64,000 nt of DNA from Oscillospiraceae bacterium (GTDB taxonomy: Bacteria; Bacillota; Clostridia; Oscillospirales; Acutalibacteraceae). Positions 58,748-64,000 of the stretch are shown here, piece by piece. A program made the position numbers and the translations under genes. The stretch lies in the NCBI GenBank assembly GCA_015066515.1, contig SVOH01000003.1, forward strand, positions 8,535 through 72,534, in the 5' to 3' direction. Position 1 is the stretch's first letter. Every line of letters begins with the position of its first letter. Below the pieces are notes generated by a model. That model worked only from the letters and a program-made list of their open reading frames with translations. It searched no databases and was not told where the DNA came from.

Positions 58748-58824
58748 TGGTGGACCAACAGGGACTCGAACCCCGGACCAACCGGTTATGAGCCGGTTGC
58801 TCTAACCAACTGAGCTATTGGTCC
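58748..58824 (-). tRNA. tRNA-Ile2 (CAU, substrate for lysidine modification); elongator tRNA-Met is the alternative
   Basis: GGACCAATAGCTCAGTTGGTTAGAGCAACCGGCTCATAACCGGTTGGTCCGGGGTTCGAGTCCCTGTTGGTCCACCA. C4-G69 and C5-G68 in the acceptor stem plus a TTGGTC variable loop match tRNA-Ile2. Confidence 0.85.
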
Positions 58825-58854
58825 ACATATGCTACCTTTGTGACAGCAAAAATT

Positions 58855-58883
58855 ATTATACATTTATTTTTAAATTTTGTCAA
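58855..58883 (-). promoter_or_regulatory. consensus sigma-A promoter of the tRNA-Ile2/tRNA-Trp operon
   Basis: On the minus strand: TTGACA (58883-58878), 17-nt spacer, TATAAT (58860-58855). Confidence 0.75.
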
Positions 58884-59035
58884 CATAAATTTTAAATATT
58901 TTTATATTATGGTTTTTTGTAAGTTTAGCATTACTGAGTAATATAAATTTATATAATAAAAGTCCTAAAATTGTCAAAATGTGTCTTGAAATGCTCTTTT
59001 TTGTTATCTATAATGGGCTTAAAGGAGATGATTTT

Positions 59036-61420
59036 ATGCAAAAATTTGATTTAAACGGTATTTGGCATCTTGTAGGCGGAGAATATGACTGTAACGGTAC
59101 AATTCCCGGCTCGGTCTATTCGTTTTTGCTTGATAATAAACTTATTGATGACCCATACTACCGTGATAACGAGCTTAAATGCATTGGCATAATGGACAAT
59201 GAGTTTGAGTTTTCACGCAAGTTTGATTACTCACCCGACGGCAACACAGTTTTACTTTGCTGTGACGGTCTTGATACCTTATGTGATATATATTTAAACG
59301 GCACACATATTGCCTATACCGATAATATGCACCGCAGTTATGAATTTGACGTGACTGGTGTTTTGGTTGATGGTGAAAACAAAATCAAAATTGCATTTCA
59401 TCCGGCAGATGCCTACATAAAAGAAAAAGAGGCAAAACAACCTACATTTTATGCTAAAGAGGCAATGGCGGGCTTTGGTAATATACGAAAAGCGCACTGT
59501 ATGTTTGGTTGGGACTGGGGTCCTCGTCTTCCTGACGCAGGTATATGGAAAGATATTTATCTGCTTAAAAAAGACAGCGCTCGTATTAGTGATGTTTATA
59601 TCACACAGCGCCATGACAGTGGTCGTGTGTTTGTTACACCAAAGGTTGAAATTGACGGTGAAGCAGAGGTGAAAATTAACTGCACCATACCCGATGGCAG
59701 CAATTTTGAACTTATAGCAAACGAAGAAAATGAGATTTTAAATCCACAGCTTTGGATGCCTCGAGGTCTTGGCGAACAGCCGCTTTATACAATAAAGGTT
59801 GAGCTTATTGAAAATGGTGTGGTTGTTGACTCGGTTAGTAAAAGAATAGGTCTTCGCACAGTAAAGCTTATTCGCGAAAAAGATAAATGGGGCGAGTCCT
59901 TTTGTCACGAGGTTAACGGTGTTCGCTTTTTTGCAATGGGCGCCGACTATGTACCCGAAGATAATATACTTTCGCGCCTTAGCGAAGAGCGTACACGTGA
60001 CCTTATAACACAGTGCTGTCGTTGTAATTTTAACTGCTTGCGCGTTTGGGGTGGCGGTTTTTACCCGCACGACTATTTCTTTGATATTTGTGACGAAATG
60101 GGTATTACTGTATTTATGGACCTTATGTTTGCCTGCTCGAGTATGAACCCCGATGACGAAATGATGGAAAACATTAAAATAGAAGCCGAGCAAAATCTTG
60201 CAAGACTTCGTCATCATCCGTCAATTGTTATTATAAGCGGTAATAACGAAATCGAGCTTTGGTGCACATGGCAGCCTGTTAAATACCCACGTTATCTCGA
60301 GATTTTTGAGGATGTTTTAGCCGACGTTGCCGACCGCATTTGCCCCGATATTCCTTACGTTCCGTCATCACCCTCGTCAATAGGTCACTTTATGGACCCA
60401 CAAAATGAGAACTTTGGCGACTGCCATTACTATGATGTATGGTGTGGTAAGCCTATTACCGAATACCGTACAAAGCATTGGCGTTATATGAGTGAGTTTG
60501 GTGTGCAGTCATATCCGGGCGAAAAGACCGTAAACGCTTATACCTTGCCCGAAGACCGCAACGTATTTTCACGCGTTATGGAAATGCATCAGCGCTCTAT
60601 TCCTGCAAATCAATTCCTTATGCAGTATCTTTCCGAAAACTTTAAGTATCCAAACAGCCTTCCAGCATTCCTTTATGCAACACAACTTTTCCAAGCAGAA
60701 GCCATTAAGTATTGCGTAGAGCATTTGCGTCGTCATAGAGGCAGATGTATGGGTGCGCTTTATTGGCAGCTTAACGATATATGGCCTGTGGCTTCGTGGG
60801 CAAGTATTGATTCTTACGGCAGATATAAAGCACTTCAGTATTATTCAAAGCGTTTTTATGAGCCTGTGCTTATCTCTTGCCGTGAGGTAGGAGAAATGGA
60901 CGTTCGTCCGTTTATCAATACCGAGCGTAATATAGAGCTTGTAACTACTGCCGAGCTTACCGTTACAAATGATACGTTAAATGATGTTACAGGTGTTGTA
61001 AATTGGGAGCTTCGCGATAATAAGGCTAATATAATTAAGAGCGGTGAGCAAACCGTTACAGTGCCTGCACTTTCGTATGTAACGCTCGATAATATGGACT
61101 TTAACAAAACAGACCCATATACAACCTATATCAGTTATTCTTATACGGTTGACGGTAAGGTGGTTTCAAGCGGTACAACGCTTTTTGCGGCGCACAAGCG
61201 TTTTGATTTTATAGAGCCTAATCTGCGTTATGAAATTAATGGCGACGAAATTACTGTTTATGCCGATACTTATGCCAAGGCGGTTGAAATAGATTCGCTT
61301 GATAGCGACTTTATACTAAGTGACAACTACTTTGATATGAACGCAGGCAGTAAGACCGTAAAAATAGTTGAAGGCACACCAAAGACTATAAGACTAAGAA
61401 GTGTTTATGATATAAAATAA
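59036..61420 (+). CDS. GH2-family beta-mannosidase
   Basis: GH2 blocks NCLRVWGGGFYP, ISGNNE (acid/base) and MSEFGVQSYP (nucleophile). ATG at 59036 follows AAAGGAG. Confidence 0.8.
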   Translation: MQKFDLNGIWHLVGGEYDCNGTIPGSVYSFLLDNKLIDDPYYRDNELKCIGIMDNEFEFSRKFDYSPDGNTVLLCCDGLDTLCDIYLNGTHIAYTDNMHRSYEFDVTGVLVDGENKIKIAFHPADAYIKEKEAKQPTFYAKEAMAGFGNIRKAHCMFGWDWGPRLPDAGIWKDIYLLKKDSARISDVYITQRHDSGRVFVTPKVEIDGEAEVKINCTIPDGSNFELIANEENEILNPQLWMPRGLGEQPLYTIKVELIENGVVVDSVSKRIGLRTVKLIREKDKWGESFCHEVNGVRFFAMGADYVPEDNILSRLSEERTRDLITQCCRCNFNCLRVWGGGFYPHDYFFDICDEMGITVFMDLMFACSSMNPDDEMMENIKIEAEQNLARLRHHPSIVIISGNNEIELWCTWQPVKYPRYLEIFEDVLADVADRICPDIPYVPSSPSSIGHFMDPQNENFGDCHYYDVWCGKPITEYRTKHWRYMSEFGVQSYPGEKTVNAYTLPEDRNVFSRVMEMHQRSIPANQFLMQYLSENFKYPNSLPAFLYATQLFQAEAIKYCVEHLRRHRGRCMGALYWQLNDIWPVASWASIDSYGRYKALQYYSKRFYEPVLISCREVGEMDVRPFINTERNIELVTTAELTVTNDTLNDVTGVVNWELRDNKANIIKSGEQTVTVPALSYVTLDNMDFNKTDPYTTYISYSYTVDGKVVSSGTTLFAAHKRFDFIEPNLRYEINGDEITVYADTYAKAVEIDSLDSDFILSDNYFDMNAGSKTVKIVEGTPKTIRLRSVYDIK

Positions 61421-61424
61421 ATTT

Positions 61425-61454
61425 AAAGGGAGGCATTGTGCCTCCCTTTATTTT
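61425..61454 (+). terminator. intrinsic terminator
   Basis: Stem AAAGGGAGGC-ATTGT-GCCTCCCTTT followed by a T-run. Confidence 0.85.
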
Positions 61455-61490
61455 GTGGTATAATTATAAAAAATTTAGTGGGGTAATAAA

Positions 61491-61943
61491 ATGACTAAAA
61501 TACTTTTCGTCTGTCACGGCAATATTTGCCGCAGTCCTATGGCGGAGTTTTTGATGAAAGAATTGGTGCGTGAGCAAGGACTTGAAAATGAATTTTACAT
61601 TGAATCGGCGGCAACCTCTACCGAAGAAATCGGTAACGGGGTTTACCCACCTGTAAAACGCATACTTAAAGCAAGAGGAATTGACTGTAGCGCAAAACGC
61701 GCTCGTCAAATGACGAGGGCTGACTATGATAAATTTGATTACATAGTTTGTATGGACGGCAAAAATTTACGCAATATGGGTTACATTGCTATTGACACCC
61801 AAAATAAATATAGTCGTTTGCTTGATTACACGGCACATCCTCACGATGTTGCTGACCCGTGGTATAGCGGTGATTTTGAAACTACAGAGTGCGAGGTGCA
61901 ACAAGGTTGCAAGGCTTTGCTTGAATATATAATTAACAAATAA
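61491..61943 (+). CDS. low-molecular-weight protein-tyrosine phosphatase
   Basis: CX5R(S) P-loop VCHGNICRSPMAE and a DP loop (VADPWY). Confidence 0.9.
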   Translation: MTKILFVCHGNICRSPMAEFLMKELVREQGLENEFYIESAATSTEEIGNGVYPPVKRILKARGIDCSAKRARQMTRADYDKFDYIVCMDGKNLRNMGYIAIDTQNKYSRLLDYTAHPHDVADPWYSGDFETTECEVQQGCKALLEYIINK

Positions 61944-61968
61944 ACGGATGCGAATTTCGCATCCGTTT
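61942..61968. terminator. bidirectional terminator
   Basis: Stem AAACGGATGCGAA-T-TTCGCATCCGTTT. Confidence 0.85.
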
Positions 61969-61973
61969 TATAT

Positions 61974-62807
61974 TTATTGTTTTTCGAAACCTATTAGCAC
62001 GCCACCCTTTTCGGCATAAAAGCTACAAAGCCCACGACATTCATAAACTGTAATATCAATGTTACCGAATTCTTTGGTAAGGGCTTGTTTTATGCTCTCG
62101 GCATATAGTGGGTTTTGGCAGTGGGCTATTCGCACTTTGCCGCCCCAGTAGCCTTCTTTTCGAAGACGGTCGATGATAGTAGCGCGTGTCTTTACTTTAC
62201 CACGAACCTTATCAAGCGGTTGTAGATCTCCCTTGTCGCTTGCTTTGCCTATTACTCTAATTCCAAGTAGTCCTGCTGCTTTGGCGGTAATGTGACTTAC
62301 TCTGCCGTTATTGGCAAGATTTTTCATAGACTCTAACACAAATAAAAGTCCTGTTTTTTGCATATATATTTTTATTTCTTCACATATTTCTTCATATGTT
62401 TTGTCAAGTAGAATAAGCTCATTGATTTTTTCTATTATGAGCTTCATTTCGGGACCGGTTGATAGCGAATTAATTACCGTAACCTTGCGTTCGGGATACT
62501 GCTCCTCATATATTTCTTTTGCAATGCAGGCGGCGTTATAGCTTCCTGAGAGCGTACCTGTTATAGTTACACAAAAAATGTATTGTGTATCGCCAAATGC
62601 TGTTAACCATTCGTCTGTATTTGGACAAGAAGATGACGATTTCCCTTTATAAGAAAAAAGCTCTTCTACCATACCGTTTACGTCTAAACTTATGTCATCA
62701 ATATATTCTTTATTACTAGTTACAATCTTGAGTGGTGTTACTTCAAAAGGTGCTCCGTCAAGACTTAGCATATCGGCTGATGAATCAGCAATAATTTTAA
62801 AATTCAT
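61974..62807 (-). CDS. DegV-family fatty-acid-binding protein
   Basis: MNFKIIADSSADM N-terminus and DegV-like length. ATG at 62807 follows AAGGAG. The ORF-track start at 62918 has no RBS. Confidence 0.8.
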   Translation of the reverse strand: MNFKIIADSSADMLSLDGAPFEVTPLKIVTSNKEYIDDISLDVNGMVEELFSYKGKSSSSCPNTDEWLTAFGDTQYIFCVTITGTLSGSYNAACIAKEIYEEQYPERKVTVINSLSTGPEMKLIIEKINELILLDKTYEEICEEIKIYMQKTGLLFVLESMKNLANNGRVSHITAKAAGLLGIRVIGKASDKGDLQPLDKVRGKVKTRATIIDRLRKEGYWGGKVRIAHCQNPLYAESIKQALTKEFGNIDITVYECRGLCSFYAEKGGVLIGFEKQ

Positions 62808-62946
62808 AATAAATCTCCTTATGTGAATTGATGAAGCAATTATAAATCCTGTGTATAAAAAATACAAGCTACTGTAATTGTTGACAGTTCTACTCACGGA
62901 AATTCGAATTCTACCCATAATAGAGGACGTAAATCACAAGAAAATA

Positions 62947-62975
62947 TTGCCTTTAGTCATAATTTAGGATATAAT
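62947..62975 (+). promoter_or_regulatory. sigma-A promoter of the DUF951-prfA operon
   Basis: TTGCCT (62947-62952), 17-nt spacer, TATAAT (62970-62975). Confidence 0.55.
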
Positions 62976-63008
62976 ATTATGTTAGAAGAATAGGCGGTGA
63001 GAAGTATT

Positions 63009-63203
63009 ATGAATATTAATGTAGGTGACGTTTTACAATTAAAGAAAAATCATCCTTGTGGTTGCAACACCTTTACTGTGCACCGTGTGGGAATGGATTT
63101 TAAAATTATGTGTAACGGTTGTGGACACGAGGTAATGCTTCCGCGAAAGACTGTTGAAAAAAGTATTAAAAAGATAATAACTTCTGATGGAGAGAATAAA
63201 TAA
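63009..63203 (+). CDS. DUF951-family small zinc-ribbon protein
   Basis: [56 protein letters not shown]. Confidence 0.75.
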   Translation: MNINVGDVLQLKKNHPCGCNTFTVHRVGMDFKIMCNGCGHEVMLPRKTVEKSIKKIITSDGENK

Positions 63204-64000
63204 TGTTTGAAAAACTTTCGGCGGTAGAGAACCGCTACGAACAAATCGGTGTAGAACTTACACGACCTGAGGTTGCCAGTGATAATGCCACCTTTACAAA
63301 ACTGATGAAAGAGCATAGTGAGCTTACACCTATTGTAGAAAAATATCGAGAATATTCGGCTGCTGTAAAGGCTGAAAAGGAAGCGCTTGAAATGCTTGAG
63401 GCGGGTGGTCTTGACAAGGATTTTAAAGAGCTTGTAGAAGAAGAGCTTTCTACTGCTAAAGAGAATATTGCGATATTTTCTGATGAACTTAAGATTTTGC
63501 TACTTCCTAAGGATCCTAACGATGACAAAAACGTTATTGTAGAAATTCGCGGCGGTGCCGGTGGCGAAGAGGCAGCGCTTTTTGCGGGCTCGCTTTTTAG
63601 AATGTACTCAATGTATGCCGAAAGTAAGCGTTGGCACATTGATATTACCAATGCTAATGAAACCGAGCTTGGCGGCTATAAAGAAATTAGCTTTATGATT
63701 GAGGGAGCGGGCGCATATTCACGCTTCAAATATGAAAGTGGTGTTCACCGTGTTCAGCGTGTGCCCGATACCGAAACACAGGGTAGAATTCACACGTCTA
63801 CTGTAACGGTAGCAGTATTGCCCGAAGCCGACGAAGTTGAGTTTGAGCTTAATCCCGCCGATTTAAAAATTGATACCTTCCGTTCATCAGGCGCAGGTGG
63901 TCAGCACATAAACAAGACATCATCGGCTATACGCGTAACGCATATACCCACAGGTACTGTGGTTGAGTGTCAGGATGAACGCAGTCAGTTTAAAAATAAA
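63203..64000 (+). CDS. prfA: peptide chain release factor 1 (N-terminal 266 codons; continues past the right edge)
   Basis: Own translation: [16 protein letters not shown]...[14 protein letters not shown] (PxT region)...[11 protein letters not shown] (GGQ). TAATG overlap with the DUF951 gene. No stop codon before the window ends. Confidence 0.9.
   Translation, partial: MFEKLSAVENRYEQIGVELTRPEVASDNATFTKLMKEHSELTPIVEKYREYSAAVKAEKEALEMLEAGGLDKDFKELVEEELSTAKENIAIFSDELKILLLPKDPNDDKNVIVEIRGGAGGEEAALFAGSLFRMYSMYAESKRWHIDITNANETELGGYKEISFMIEGAGAYSRFKYESGVHRVQRVPDTETQGRIHTSTVTVAVLPEADEVEFELNPADLKIDTFRSSGAGGQHINKTSSAIRVTHIPTGTVVECQDERSQFKNK

Overview
This looks like a chromosomal segment of a low-GC Firmicute, probably a Clostridia-class anaerobe (PFOR/NifJ, AddAB, RNase J, ThyX, PduL, DegV, a TilS-Hpt-FtsH block). 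I can support about 56 protein-coding genes, one of them truncated at each edge. There are also two canonical minus-strand tRNAs (Trp-CCA and Ile2-CAU), one degenerate tRNA-Ser-like gene, and a set of sigma-A-type promoters and intrinsic terminators. Most of the content is housekeeping: rlmB, metG-tatD, eno, rnj, rplI-dnaB-tilS-hpt-ftsH, thyX-tmk-mltG, hemW, ung, addBA and prfA. Four stretches interrupt it. (1) 11.0-17.8 kb is a cell-surface polysaccharide block. (2) 29.98-31.57 kb, just after ftsH, is a small accessory insert with a structured RNA, a SHOCT/zinc-ribbon protein and a RAYT/IS200-like transposase. (3) 31.6-35.8 kb is an AraC-controlled sugar-type locus. (4) 53.4-58.5 kb is a mixed stretch with a membrane-tethered XRE regulator, YbjQ, a FliB-like protein, a barnase-like lipoprotein and a MerR regulator. 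I saw no CRISPR array, rRNA, prophage or recognisable defence system. Two non-coding elements are the least explained signals. One is a promoter, a ~165-nt folded RNA and a terminator at 29984-30191, upstream of the SHOCT gene; it could be a new riboswitch/attenuator or an sRNA. The other is a ~276-nt element closed by an inverted repeat that exactly fills the gap between a stop codon and the metG Shine-Dalgarno (4446-4722). Also unusual are two inverted hairpin copies with a compensatory base-pair change inside the RAYT gene, and a tRNA-Ser-like gene with a broken anticodon stem. All protein calls come from recognising motifs by eye in the supplied translations. No database search or folding program was available, so the family names are hypotheses.
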